In this document: positions 38,701 through 51,213 of the stretch, in pieces | Position numbering within the stretch: position 1 is the first letter of the stretch | How the letters are laid out: each line of letters opens with the position of its first letter | DNA from: Raillietiella orientalis | Lineage: Eukaryota | Assembly: GCA_036172245.1 (NCBI GenBank) | Contig: JAYWIR010000097.1 | Span: 62,001 to 126,000 of the forward strand | Reading direction: 5' to 3' | DNA length: 64,000 bases | Made by a program: the position numbers and the translations under genes | Notes under the pieces: model-generated | What the model was told of the DNA's origin: nothing | The model's input: the letters and a program-made list of their open reading frames with translations, nothing else | Database searches by the model: none

Positions 38701-41700
38701 TGCCTCGACTTTCCTCCTGGAGCGCCAAACAATGGAATTCAGGAAGGTGCATGGTTTTTCTGCGAGACGCCTTCCTAAAGTCCCGGCGAGACGGACGGAG
38801 ATTTCGGTTCTTCTAGTCACGAGGAGGCAGTTGTCAGGAGAAACGGAGGAGAAGGGAGTCTCAGAAGGAAGGACGCGTGCCATCACGCTGTTGCGTGCGG
38901 CGTGTCCTCCAGAAAGTCGATCCCGGAAGCGGATCAGGATTTGGACAGCTCCCCCCCGACATACAGTAGTCAGAGACTGTGTCCCCTCAGAGAGGCAGTT
39001 GTTATGGCTGCGACCCCATGGAAGGCAAGGCGACCCACATCCCAAGATGGAAGCGCGCTTACCACAGGCGGAGGCGGTTGACGGCCGTGCCCGCCTCATA
39101 TGGGAAGACGGGGGAACCCGGCGATGGGATGCTGTTTTCAGGGGCTTCAACTGCAGCTTCCGGAGGAAGTTGGGAGTCCAGAGAGAGTCTGCGGATGAGG
39201 AAGAGCCAGAGGCGAATGCAGTGAGGGCGGCGGTTGCCCGTGCGGCGTTGGCGAGGCTGCATGGAACAGGAACACCTAGTCGCCCGCAGAGAGAGCGGGC
39301 GCCAAGGGGAAGACCACCGTCGCCCCTTCCCCTTTCTCCCCTCCTTGCACATCGCCGCAAGCAGGAATTCTCTTCCTTTCCCACTCCCCTCCCCTCCCTG
39401 GAACAGGAGAGCGGGAAGCGAAGCGCCTCGACGACCCGCTTAAGGGTAAGAGGAGCCCCGTGAACGGAAGCATCCGGGAAGAAGCGGCGGGGCACGGATG
39501 AGGAAGCTGCACTCGGGTCTCTTACTACCCCGGAAGCAAAACTCCCTAAGCAGTTGCTGGGAGGAGCACCTCCTCTCCCGAAATGGTGAGCGACTGCTCA
39601 CCTAGCAACGCGCGCGAAGCGGGGAAACCCCTCGCCATTTTGGCCAGGGAGTTCGCTCCAGGAAGAGGAGGGTGGAAGACACGGATGCCTGCACGAGGGG
39701 GAGGGTGGTTTTCGGAGGCTGGCGTGGGGGGAGGACTGGTCGATCCGCACACACGCGCCACTCGTCGTCCCCTCCACCAGGGGCAGCTCTGCCAACGCTC
39801 TTCCACTCCCGTCTTCCGATCTGAGCAGTGGGGATCTCGTGCGGCGGAGTCCTGGAGTGACCCCGGCAGGACTGGTGGAGGCGGCGCGCTGTTCGACCCT
39901 TCGCGCTTCTTCCCAGCTTCAGGGGATCGGCTTGTTCCCCGGGAGCGCGCAAGGGACCTCGCTCCCCCGTGCCGGGAGGTGCTGCAGTTCCGAACCGCCT
40001 CGCTCCCTACGTCGGCCGGTGGCGGGCGCGGAAGGTGCAGCAAGGGGAAAACGAAAGGAAGGACTGGCCGAGGAACCAGGATGGATCTGGCCACCCCATT
40101 CAGAATAGGGACTAGAAATTTCAGAATAGGTCGCAGCATGAGTTGGTCAGGGCGGGAACAAAACGGGAGGGACGGGGAAGGACTTTGGAACTCCAGAAGG
40201 GGATGCAACCAACCCGCTCTCCGGGAGGAAGCACCGAAACTGGCGGATGAGTCTGTACGTCGGCCGGCTCTGGCAGCCGGATGCGGACCGATCCCTTGAC
40301 GGAGGTGATGTCGCAACGTGCCTTTGTCCCCGCCGTTCCTCCTGCCACCCTTTTCCAGGGCAGGCGGAAGGGAGAGTGCGGCGAAACATCTCTCCTTCGC
40401 CTCCCCCCCGCTTCCCATCGCCTCTCTCAGACGGTCTCGGCCGTTGCGGTGGCAACGCACCTCGCGAGCGCCCAAAGAGGGAGAGCGGGGGGGGAAGGGG
40501 GCGCGACCCCTCCCTTCGGACGCTTGGGATGCGCCGCTAATTGGCCGCTGCACCCCGGCTGCATCAGAGCACACAATGGGTGCTGCGCGAGCGGCGGTGC
40601 CCGGATAATGGGCCCGGGGGCAAGCCCGGAGCGCCATTATCGGAGGTCACAATATTGACAGAGCCGCTCATCGCGCACCGGACGGCGGCGCAGATGTCGC
40701 GGCGCGGGGTATCTGCGCCCCTAATCGGAGGCGACAATGTCGGCCCCTTCTGGAGTGATCCCTTTCAATGGGTCCTGCTTTCCTCTCCTGCAGCGCGAAG
40801 TGTTAATCGGGATCGTTCGCGCCATTGTTCCCCTCTCGCCGCCAACCATCCGTTGACCCTCCCGGAGAACATCCTCGACGAGGCGGATTACAGGGGAGTG
40901 ACACGGAGGCTTATCCCACTTTCGCTTTCATCGGTCCCACGGGGAGGAGGGGGGAAGAAAAAATCTCCCCCGGCCTCCGACTCCGCCTATCGGGAATCTC
41001 ATTGTCGTGTCCGGCCGGGAGCACCAGATTACCCCCGTCTCCGGGAATTCTCTCCGCGCTCCCCGCTCGCTGAGAGACTCCCGGATCGGGAAGGCCCGGC
41101 GCACAAAGTGGTGCTCCGCGTCTCCGCGGAGCGGGTATTTTTCTCATTTCCTCCCCCTTTTTTTTCAAGGGGGGAGGAGGAAGGGAAGGGGGAGAAGGTG
41201 GAAGAAAAGGAAAAAAAATCGGGGGCGCCCGCGGTGGTGGCTGAGAGGCGCGGTGGAGCGTGCGGAAGGGGAGGCGGTCCCCTATCTCCAACAGCGCTCC
41301 CGGGAATTCCTGCCCTTCGCGGGAGCGCTCCTTGCTCGAAGCCGGGAAAAAGGACGGAACCACCTTCCGTGGGTAGGGAGGAGGAGGGACGCGCGAGAGA
41401 GAAGGAACCTGCGAAAACAACGGCGCGCGTGCCATGGAGTAGGGACGTAAAGGGGGGAGGAAAGGGAGAGGACAAATTTCCTTCTCTTCCCTCCTTCCTT
41501 TTCCTCGCTCCTCTCCCGAACAGTAGCTTCGCAGGTTAAAGGGGAACGCGGCCAGCAATTACAGCAGCGCTCGCAGGCTCATTCCCGTAGTCGAGGGAAC
41601 TCAGGAATGGAGGCAGTCACCCCTCTTCGGAAACGCTCCCCTGAAGGAGTTAGACTTCCTCTTCGACCTCCCGTTCCTCTTCGGAGGGGAAGAGCATCCT

Positions 41701-43270
41701 CCAAGAGACGGGACACTGACGAGGACTTCCTTGTTGGAAACCCTCCTAAACAATAGAAAAGCAGGAAGGGAAGAGGAGGACGAGGAAGGGACGAGGAGGG
41801 AGAAGGGAAAAGAAGGAAAAGAGAGGAGGAAGAAAAGAGGCGGATGAAGAAAAGAAGATGAAGGATGAAGAGGAGAAGGAGTAGGATGGTGGAAGAGGAG
41901 GAAGGAGAGAAGGAGAGGGGAACCGACCGCTTCCTTCGGCTGCTCCTCCCCCTTCACGTGTCTTTCCCTCTCTCCGAGAGGAGGGGATGCGAGCGATGTG
42001 GCCCGCGTGGGCCTGCAAACGAGGTGGGAGAGACCCTAGCCACGCTCCCTACGTTCTTGGGGCCTTGGCTCCAGACGGCGATGCCCGGAGGGCTTCTGGA
42101 TCCCTCGAGGGCCACGCAATGCGGCGGGAAAGGTCTCCCGCTGGACCCGTCCCTCATTCTCTGGGACGGGCCGAAGCGGCAGAGGGCAGCGGGGTCCTCG
42201 GAGACAGGGATCGGGAGAGGATACTGAGCCACTCCGCAGCTTCCTCCGTGCCCTCCCCGTCCTCCGGAGGCAGACGCGGGCAGCGCAGGGATGAAGGAGC
42301 CGCTACCGTCTTGCCCGTGACCGGTCTCCGGGTGACCGGGGTCGTCGATGCGTCGAAATGCGAAGACCTGGTCGCGGGGTCCTCCTTTCCCTTTCCTGGA
42401 GCGTCCAGCCCTTCTTTTCGAGCCCCCGCTCAGCTGAAGGCGCCCTGGACATCCAGTCAGCCGCGTGTCCAGGATGCCCGCAGCCCCGAGCTCTGTGAAC
42501 GCCGGCAGCGGAAAGCGCTTGGAGGGGGGGCGTCCCTCACCTTGGTGGGCGGGCAGCTCAGGGAGTGGGTGAGGAGCGCCTGCCCGAGGCGTCTTCCCTG
42601 TCCGAGGTCCCGCGTCCTCCAGAAGCGGCCCCGGGCGCTTCCTGCGTCCCTCGCCGGTAGGAGGGGAGGTTCACGATGGGGGGGCGAGGAACCAGCCCTC
42701 TCCGGGGCCTTCCCGGAAACCCGCCGTCCTTCCGGCGAGCCTCCAACTAGAGTCCCCTTCCCTGTTTCCATAATGCCAGGGAGGAGCACGCGGAGTTGCG
42801 GCCTTCCCTCCGCGTTTAGGAAGGCGGGAGCCGCTCCCTAAAACCCCAAATTGTCTCCCTCCTCGGTAGTTGTGGGGAGGGCCTCCACCCCATCGCGAGT
42901 GCCGCTGCGGGCCCGAGCGCGCAGCGAGCTGCTCCCTGGCGACGGTCGCCAGCCGGCGCCCCTTACGAGTGGGCGCGTCCTTTTCCTCCTCTTCCTCCCT
43001 CCCGGCACCTCGGTCTCCTTCTCCAGGGCTGGAGGGAGAGAGGAGGGGTCCCTATGACGACGGACTCGTCTCCAGTGATCCAGGAGGTCCGTCTCTGAGC
43101 CACCTACGGGGGCCTAGCCCTTCCGGATGGGCAAAGGAAGGAAGAGAAGTCCCTCGGGACGAGTCCGTCGGTAGTCTTTATTGCAGCAGGCTGGAGGGGG
43201 TGTGGTTCTGAGCCCCCTAGGGGCCGGCAGGCGGTCAGACATAGAAGGCGCCGTCTGAGTGGTTCTGGTG

Positions 43271-43560
43271 GCGCTGCTGGTGGAGGAAACGTGGCCTTCG
43301 ATACCCTCAAAGGACGGCAGGCGGGCAGGCAGCGAGGTCAGCGTCGGGACAAGGCGGCGACATCTGGGTGTTACTGCTGGTGCTGTTGGTGGAGATGGTG
43401 ATAGTGGCGCGCTGCTGGTGGCGGGGGTGTGGCCTTTAACGATCCCAAAGGGCGGTAGGCGGGCGAGTGAGCGAGCAGGCAGGCAAGTCAGCGTCGGGAC
43501 AAGGCGGCGGAGCCATCTGGGTGTTGCTGCTGCTGCTGCTGCTGGTGGAGATGATGATGG
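43271..43560 (-). repeat. Diverged tandem duplication of the Fez C-terminal coding end plus proximal 3' flank
   Basis: gtcagcgtcgggacaaggcggcg...catctgggtgtt..tgctg...ggtggagatg occurs at ~43337 and ~43487 (150 nt apart), each preceded by gcgctgctggtgg...gtggcctt. Confidence 0.85.
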
Positions 43561-44705
43561 TGGTGGTGGTGGTGGTGGTGGAGCTTGCGTACGTGCTTCT
43601 TGAGGTCAAAGTTGCGGCAGAAGCCCTTCCCACAGACGGGGCATGCGAAGGGTTTGACCTCGCTGTGGGTGTGCATGTGGAAGGTCAGGTTGTACACCTG
43701 GTGGAAGGCCTTGGAGCAGACGGGGCACTTGAAGGCCTTCTCGGCGCTGTGGGTCAGCCGGTGGTTCTTGTAGTTGCCCTTCTGGTGAAAGCCCTTGCCG
43801 CAGAAGTCGCACGTGAACGGCTTCAGGCCCAGATGGATGCGCGCATGCGTGCGCAGCGTGCTGCTGCGGTTGAAAGCCTTGCCGCAGGTAGCGCACCGGT
43901 GCGGCTTCTCCGCCGTGTGGATGATTTTGTGGCGGCACAGAGTGGACGCCTGCCGGAAGCCCTTCCCGCACACGGGACACACAAAGGGCCGCGCCCCCGT
44001 GTGCACCGGCATATGGCGCGTCAAGTTGTAGTGGGCGCCGAATAGCTTCCCGCACTGCGGGCACGGGAAGCTCCGGGATGCGCCAGCACCAGCAGACGAC
44101 GCCGGCGTTGGCGCCGCCGCTGCCTCCTTCGAGCCGCCCCCGCGCCGCCGCCTGGGCGCGGATGGCTCCGTCAGTGCCGTCTCCGCATCCGCATCTGCAT
44201 CCGGCGCCACCGCGGGGGCGGCGGGGAGGAAGCCACCGCCGCCGCCGTCCTGCTGGTGACGCTCCTCCTCGGGGGACGCAGAAACAGCAGTAGCGAAACG
44301 CCGCCGCCCGGCAGCCTCGAAGGCGCCCGCCACCGCCGCCGCCGCCAACAGCAGCGAAGGTGGCGCCGCCAGCAGCTGCGCGGGAGAGCGAGCAAGCGAT
44401 CCCATCCCTGAGCCACCGCTGTATAGGAATGGGGCGGCACCCAGGTACTTCGGGAACGCCAGCGGGCCGCTTTCGCCCGGAAACGGGAAGCCGCCGCGGG
44501 TGCACAGGAAGGGAGGCGGTGGCAAGAAGAAAGGGGAGCAGAGCGCCAGCCGAGGTGGCGCTGGGGCTACGGGCGGCGGCGGCGACGCTCTTCCTCCAGC
44601 AGCACCGCCCATTATCCGTTCGATGGAGAAGTTCAAGCAGCATCCCAGCCTGCCGCCCGGGGCCTTCGTGGGGGCGCCCTCGGGGTCCTTGGCATCCTCG
44701 GCCAT
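43488..44705 (-). CDS. FEZF: Fez family (Fezf/earmuff) zinc-finger transcription factor, single exon, ~405 aa
   Basis: N-terminal eh1 motif [10 protein letters not shown]. Six C2H2 fingers with Fez-diagnostic sequences [65 protein letters not shown] and [14 protein letters not shown]. His/Gln tail. First in-frame ATG (MAEDAK) at 44705. Confidence 0.97.
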   Translation of the reverse strand: MAEDAKDPEGAPTKAPGGRLGCCLNFSIERIMGGAAGGRASPPPPVAPAPPRLALCSPFFLPPPPFLCTRGGFPFPGESGPLAFPKYLGAAPFLYSGGSGMGSLARSPAQLLAAPPSLLLAAAAVAGAFEAAGRRRFATAVSASPEEERHQQDGGGGGFLPAAPAVAPDADADAETALTEPSAPRRRRGGGSKEAAAAPTPASSAGAGASRSFPCPQCGKLFGAHYNLTRHMPVHTGARPFVCPVCGKGFRQASTLCRHKIIHTAEKPHRCATCGKAFNRSSTLRTHARIHLGLKPFTCDFCGKGFHQKGNYKNHRLTHSAEKAFKCPVCSKAFHQVYNLTFHMHTHSEVKPFACPVCGKGFCRNFDLKKHVRKLHHHHHHHHHHLHQQQQQQQHPDGSAALSRR

Positions 44706-47700
44706 GCGGGGGTCACGCAGGGAGCCTGCGGGAGAGAGAGAGGGAGAAGGAGAGACGCACACAACACGTGAGGGGGGTTGGCGCGGAGGTTGCACCCTCC
44801 CCCCCCCTTCCCTGAGCGGGGTCGGTCTGGCAGGAATTCCCGCTTCCCTAGCCAATTCGCCTCCTCGAGCACCGCGCGGGGTCTCCGGGAGGCAGACAAA
44901 GAAAGGGGCGTGGCCGCAGGGGCACCGGGAACGCAACCGCCGCTTCTTCCGGGAGTGCGGGGCAACGGCCGCCCTATCGGAGGCGGTGGCAGCTGCCGGC
45001 GACCGTTGCCAAGGCGGCGTGGCGTCCCCTTCATCCGGGTGCCTCGCGACACCCGCCGCGGCTTCCGGGGACTGGCGGGAGGTCTTTCATAGCCTCAGGC
45101 GCCCCAGGACTCCTACTTCCGGGACGGGGGAGTCTCGGGGCACCGACAAGAGCAGGAGACACCTCTTCATGGCGCGGACCCCATACGGGACTCCCGTTCA
45201 CCCCCTCCCAATCCCTCCTTTTGCTTACCTGGGCTCGGCACGCGCCGCCACGGGCGCGGAGACACTCCGGAGGCAGGGGACGCCGAGGCGGGACCAGGAA
45301 GACCGGGAATTCCTCTCTGCTCCTGGAGGGCGGCTCTTCCCCGGAGCTGCGTGCGTGCGGGCGGGCGGGCGGGCGCTCCCCTCGGACCCTTCTCCCTGCC
45401 GGGAGCAGACACCCCTCCGCGCCGGCCCCGCGAGCGAGCGCTTCCGCAGACCCGCCGCAGCCGCACCCAGTGCCTCGCGATCGGCGGGCCAATCGGAGAC
45501 GAGCGAAGGTTACTCGGGGCGGTCCCTTAGCAGCCAATGGACGGCGAGGGACCGCCTCCCCTGCTGGCTCCGAGAGGCGGCGGTCGTGGGAAAGCGGTGG
45601 GGCTCTCCGTCTCCACGACAAAGATGCAGGGAAGCCATAGGGAGGGCGGAGGACCCCGGGAACGAAGGAAACGGGGGGGGGGTAACTTCCTTTCTCTTCC
45701 TCAGAGAAGGAGGATTCGCCCCAGCTCCGTCCTCTGCCTCACCTCCCTCCGCCCTGAGCACCTCCCAGTTTCCCTTCTCCCGGGAGAAGAAAAACTGAGG
45801 CTGCCGCCCGTTGTCTTCCGAGAATCCGGGTGAGACTCCCTTGCCATCCGCTCGCACAACCCCTCCTCAGCAACGACCTACCACCCTTCCTTGCCTCTTT
45901 CCGCTCGAGTTCGGACACGCAGCACGCACGCGCGCCGGTCGCCTCTGCCATCTAACCTCGTTTCTCCGAATCAGAGGCGCTTTTAAGCGCCGGTTTTCAG
46001 AGTTCCGAGGCCGCGTCGCACCTCGGAGCTCCAGTCGCACCCTCCACCTTCGACCCCTGACCGAGTCGTCTCGGAGGCTCCTTCTCGGTTGCCAGAGAGG
46101 TCCGCGCACATTTCCACTCTGCCGCTGCCGGAGTGCAGCGTCGTCCCTTCCCCGGTGCTCTCCAGGGAAGGGAAGAGGCTGCCCCGGATACGCGGAGGAG
46201 GGAAACCCGACCCCGCGCCGGGAGCATTCTCTGCCACGCGTTCGTCTCCTTGCCGCGCCCTTCCAACGACCCCGCTTGAGCCGCTTCCAGATGTCCCTCT
46301 GCCGCTCGCTCTCACTCGCCTCGTCGAAGGCCCTCATCTGCCCGCGAGCGCGCGCGGCCCTTGCCTGCTCCCCCGCCCAAAGTGGGAGGTGCCGCCACCT
46401 CGGTCTCCTCCGCCCTTCCTGGCTTTCCCTTTGCGGTTCGCTGCACGCGCTCGAGAACCGCCGGACGGCTCTTCCACCCCCCCCCCCCCCCCGGGGGCGC
46501 GTGTTGGCCCTTCAATTCATAGGGGCCATCCCATGAATCCCGGAAAACCCCGGAGGAAGGGGTCCGTCCATGATTCCCTCCTCCGAAGGGACCTTGGGGG
46601 CAGGTTCTGCCCTCGGGCCCTTCTCCCTGCTGCCGGCAGATTGCGACACGAAGGGGAGCGACCTCAGATGGACATCCGTGCGGGCGGGGTCACCAGAAGA
46701 GCGCCAAAAGGAATTCATTCCGCGGAGGGCATCCCGGAAGGGATCCTTCTCCGACCAACCAGCTCCTGGTTCCTGGAAGGATCCGGGAAAGTCAACCTCC
46801 AGTCCTGGCCACTCGTCGGGGGCGACCGGCTTCCACCAGCGCCGCCTCACCAGAATGAGCCAACCAGCGTCATTTCGCGGGGGAGCTCGAAACTCACGAT
46901 GTGCTCCCTTCCCCCATTCTCGGTGCCGCGGGCGCGGAGACCGTGACTGCGGACGGAGCGCACGCTCTTCGGGCGCTTTTGTCCCTCAGGTTCGGAGGCA
47001 GTGCTGTGGGTAAGGAGGGACTCTGTAGTTCGTGGCGACCCGCAACCCCACCACTCACAGGAGGGCTAGTCTGATCGGGCAGGAGCACACACTACCCTCC
47101 CTCGATCCCGTGCCCCAGTTGCAGCCAGCGGGACAGATCTCAGGCCGTTCTGGTCATCCCCGGCGACTCGCCGTTCCAACCTCCGGAGTGGAAAGGTGAA
47201 GGACCAGAGGTCATCGAGGAGTCGTGCCCCTCGACTCTCTCGGGTCAAGTCCTGACAGGACTACTCGTACCCTTCGCGAGCGAAGGGGACAGAGGAGCGC
47301 CTCGCAGTGGGAAACGCCTCGGGCATGTTGCCTGGTCCACGCCTCCCTTCCCCCCTCCCGTGACCCCCTTGACTCCTTGCCCTTTCAGTCGCGCATTCCA
47401 GCGTCCATTACAGCATCAGCTCTTCTCTTCTCCAAGATGACCTTCCAGGCTCGCCCTTTCACCATCCTGAGGGACATCCAGGACCCGGGAGACCGCCACG
47501 CTCCGCGGGTTGCCTTGGAGACGGTTCTCCTCCTCGGTGGAGAAGCTGGGAGAGATCCCTCCTCGCGGGCCGGTCGCAGCTTCGCGGAGGAAGCGACGAC
47601 CTGTCTCCAGACAACAGCAGCCCCTACCTGCGCCCTGCCGGCGAGGGTGCAGGGCCAGGTCGCAGGGATTCTGCGTCTGGCTGACCCCGCTCTCTGCTTG

Positions 47701-50568
47701 CGTCGGGGCCAGGCAGAGGACGACGTCGAAGCCGGGCAAGGATGGGAGGGAGGGTCGAAGGCATCCCCATGTACGTGCCCGTCTGAGACCACAGTCGGTG
47801 GCGACCTCCCCACGAAGAGGACCCACGAAGAATGTCTATCTCCCCCCCCCCCTTCCTTCAATCGAAGGTGAGCGCGTAGTCGCGGGACGAGGGTTCAGCG
47901 CTCCGAGGGAGCGCAGGCGAGCGCGGGAAGGAGTCCACAGAGTGGATAACCACGCCTCTTTGCTGCTGTCCTTCCCCATTCCCAAGGCGAGTGCGCCCTT
48001 CCGCTTCCGAGCCCACGCCAATGCCGCCTCTCCCGCCAGAAATCCTTGGAGGGCCGGCCGTGAAGTTCCAAAGAGCGACCGCGACCCCGCCTGCTGCATA
48101 GGGGGAACCCAATTCTCCCCTCGTGGCACCCGGACGAAAGGGCCGAGGAGGCGATCGGGAGCTCAGTCGTCGCCGGGCACGGCGGCGGCGAGATCTCCAT
48201 TCCGCGCGAAGAGCGTCCGTCCCTCCGCCCTCCTGAAGTTCTGGAAGGAGTCCTCTCCTTTTCTCCCTTCCGTTCGGCCGAATGGTCGCGCTCGCTGACC
48301 CTCCTGCCCACTCGTGTGCCCCGTCGGATACCGAAACGCCGTTTCCGCCATTTGCAGACGAGTAGGAGTGATGCGCGCGCGTCAGCCGACACCGCATCGC
48401 GAGTGCCATCTACCGTTGCTTCTCGGAATCAGCGGTGCTCCGATAGATCGGCGGATTTACATGCCTGAGGCGGCGGCGGCCGTGAACTTCTCTCCCTCCC
48501 TGCCAGGATGTGGTCGGTGGCGCGAGAAGAGTCACGGAGTGAGTAGGGAGGCGGAGGAGATGAAAGGGAGGAAATGGAAGTGAGGAGAAGGTGGTGGAGG
48601 AAGAGGAAGGGAGGAACGGCGGAGGAAGAGGAAGGAAGGAAGGGAGAGGAGAAAGGAGGAGTCATTTCTGCGAAGCGAGTTATCGAAACATCGCAGCGGC
48701 AACTCGACGCTAGCCACGGGTCTCCTCGAAAAACAAAGAAGCTCCGTCCATGTATTTCCTCAGGACCCCTTCTTTTTGTCCCCAAAGGTCGATAGGAGGG
48801 AAGCAGCCTCTTCTTGCTGCTGCTTGATGAAGATCATGGACCATGGCTTTCTTCTTTACCTTTCTTCTTAAAAACAACGAGCTCATCTTCTGCCGCCCGT
48901 TGAATGGAGGAGGAAAGCGTCGGTAACTCAACGAAACTTGCAGAAGAGTGCCCAAAAGAAAGTGTCTCTCAAGGTGATGCAGGGTTGGAAGAAGTAGATC
49001 CTCTTGTCCTCCACTTCCTTATTCTCAGTGCTGCCTTCTCCTGGAGTAGGGGAGGGGGGGAGAATGAGAGCAACCAGTCAGCAGGGAGGTAGCGAGCAAA
49101 CTGTTCGGGAACGGACGGAAGCAGACCTTGCACTGGACTCTTAGAGCTCCTCAAAGAGGAAATGCTGATCGACAGTTGCGTGCTTCCCCTTGATGCACTT
49201 GGAGATGTTCTTTCTTTACTGATGTCTCCTGTTCAACAGGCGTCTTTATCGCCGGACAGGGGAGCCTTTCCCCTCGAACTGTGCGAGGTGTGTGGATTGG
49301 AAGAGTCCGTCCTTCCCTCTGTACGGAAGTGCTCTTTGCTCATACCGGAGGGCGAAGGTGCTTTCTCACCCAAGGAAGCACCTTTTGTGAATCTCTTCGT
49401 CCTCAATGCACTTCGGCTGGTGATTGTAGCGACGATCCTGGGCTGCATTCGAGACATCGAGGAAGCTCGTCTTACTGAAGGGCGCTGCCATTGGAAGAGA
49501 AACGCCATCCTCCCGGCTATCTCCAGGCTGTGGAGGGCGGCGAGGTGCTCTGAGCTGAGAACCAGAAGGGCTGGATCCTGGTGGCGCTTCCCTTCCCCTT
49601 ATTTATTTTTTATTAATTTATTGCCACCCGTCCCTTTCCACTCCAGCCCTCTTTCCAGCCTCGCCAACTGCGTGAATGACGATTCTTGCAAAACTTTGTA
49701 TAATAAAGTGTGCTTCTTTATTTTTTTTGGAAACAAAGACCCCCTCGTGACCGGGTAAGAGGCGCAGGCTGTCGACATCGATGATGATTCCCATGAGGCT
49801 GGTCCACCAAACTCTCTGTTCGTTGATCTGTTGATTCGCTTTGCCTACTTGTGGCTCCGGCAAGGTTCAAGCTCGTTCGTTGGGTGCCTGAGGAGGTCGG
49901 ACTCTTTTATTCTGCAGTTTCTTTTTAACGTCGCACAAATGATTCGGCACATCTAGAAGAGAAAGCGAGAGTGGTAAACGAAGATGATAGCAGCAACAGC
50001 AGCGACGGACAAAGAGAGGAAGGAACAGAAGCTGTGCTATTCCTCCTTCCATTCCACCAAGGAAGCGATCTGAATCTTTCGCAAGATTTTCGTCCGGTTG
50101 CCATATCTCACCACCTGGGCGTTGCAGATTCATTTTCGCAATCTCTGTGAGGATCTGAAATCTGGTAGCTCCGGACAACCCTCGTCATTCCTTGAAAAGA
50201 GACGATGCGGATGCGAGTGAAATCTCATGGAGATGCTGCCGTGGATGGGCAATGACGGGCAGAGCGACTGCGCTTGGAGGAACCCGTGAAAAGTTTCCAA
50301 AGGTGACTTTTTCAGCCAGAGGAACAAACCCCCCAAAAAAACCTCGCAACCAAATCGAGAGGAGCAGGGCAGAGCTATGAAGAGCTTCTTTTTGTGCGCG
50401 CTGTACTGCAAGAAGAAAACCAAGAACGAAAACATTTTTCAAAAAGGAGAGAGGGAGAAAGGCAGCGAGAATGAAGAAATAGAAAAGAGGTACAAAAAGG
50501 ATTTGAGCCCTTACCGTGGTAAGCCAACAGACGGAGGCAAAGAAAAATTGAGCTGGAGTTGCACTTAA

Positions 50569-51213
50569 CCCTTTGGGTGCTGTGGACGCGCGTAGATGCG
50601 TCCGACGAAAATTATCTGCGTGGACTGTGGACCCACATATGCGTTTGGCAAATGTTTTTTGTACCTTGTACACGCGACATACGTCAACACGATCCACGTT
50701 TGAGATGGACGCATGCACTCACGTTCTCACAGTTTCCTTAACAACGAAAGAAAACAAAATCTCATTTATATCGGCTAAGTATTCTCGGTTTTTCTTCGTA
50801 TATAATTTATTATACTTTATCTTTGTGATATCTTAAAAATGCCGGATAATTTTGAAGAGATTATTACAAGAGACGACAGTGGATGGAGAAGGGGAAGAGT
50901 CGGATCCGAATGGAGAATACGACGATGAAAGTGAGAGAATAATCGTCATCTGATTCCGAAGATGTGAAAAGCGTTATACGTAATAAAATAGCCAAATATA
51001 CATACAAAAGTAAAAAAAAATCATGCTTGGGAAAAACGGAACTATTTTATTTAGTGTGGTGTAAATAAACAATTACAACAGTGACCTTAAACTTTAAGTA
51101 GTCAATGGGTACCTCGATGGAGCACGCGGCACTCCAAAAAGCGTTCCGTGTCGGCGACTCGCGTGCCGCCGACACGCAACGTCTCCATCCGACGAGCTCC
51201 GCACCGAAAAGGG
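50569..51213 (+). mobile_element. Non-autonomous piggyBac element, copy 3 (inverted relative to copies 1 and 2)
   Basis: TTAA at 50565-50568 and 51214-51217; reverse complement of copies 1 and 2. An internal acidic relic LLQETTVDGEGEESDPNGEYDDESE.../SSSDSEDV (~50852-50972) resembles the acidic N-terminus of piggyBac transposases and was used to assign strand. Confidence 0.92.

Noticed and set aside
44706..44936. N-terminal extension of the Fez ORF in the ORF track
   Set aside because: It starts at a non-ATG codon. The first ATG (44705) sits shortly before the eh1 motif, as expected for Fez.
30056..48800. Numerous long overlapping ORFs (up to 432 aa) in the GC-rich domain, including those antisense to Fez
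   Set aside because: Expected from stop-codon scarcity at high GC. They are Arg/Pro/Gly/Ser-rich, have no family motifs and occur in all six frames.
49618..49863. SLMGIIIDVDSLRLLP as a possible DIRS reverse-transcriptase remnant
   Set aside because: Single short motif with no YxDD or other RT motifs found nearby.
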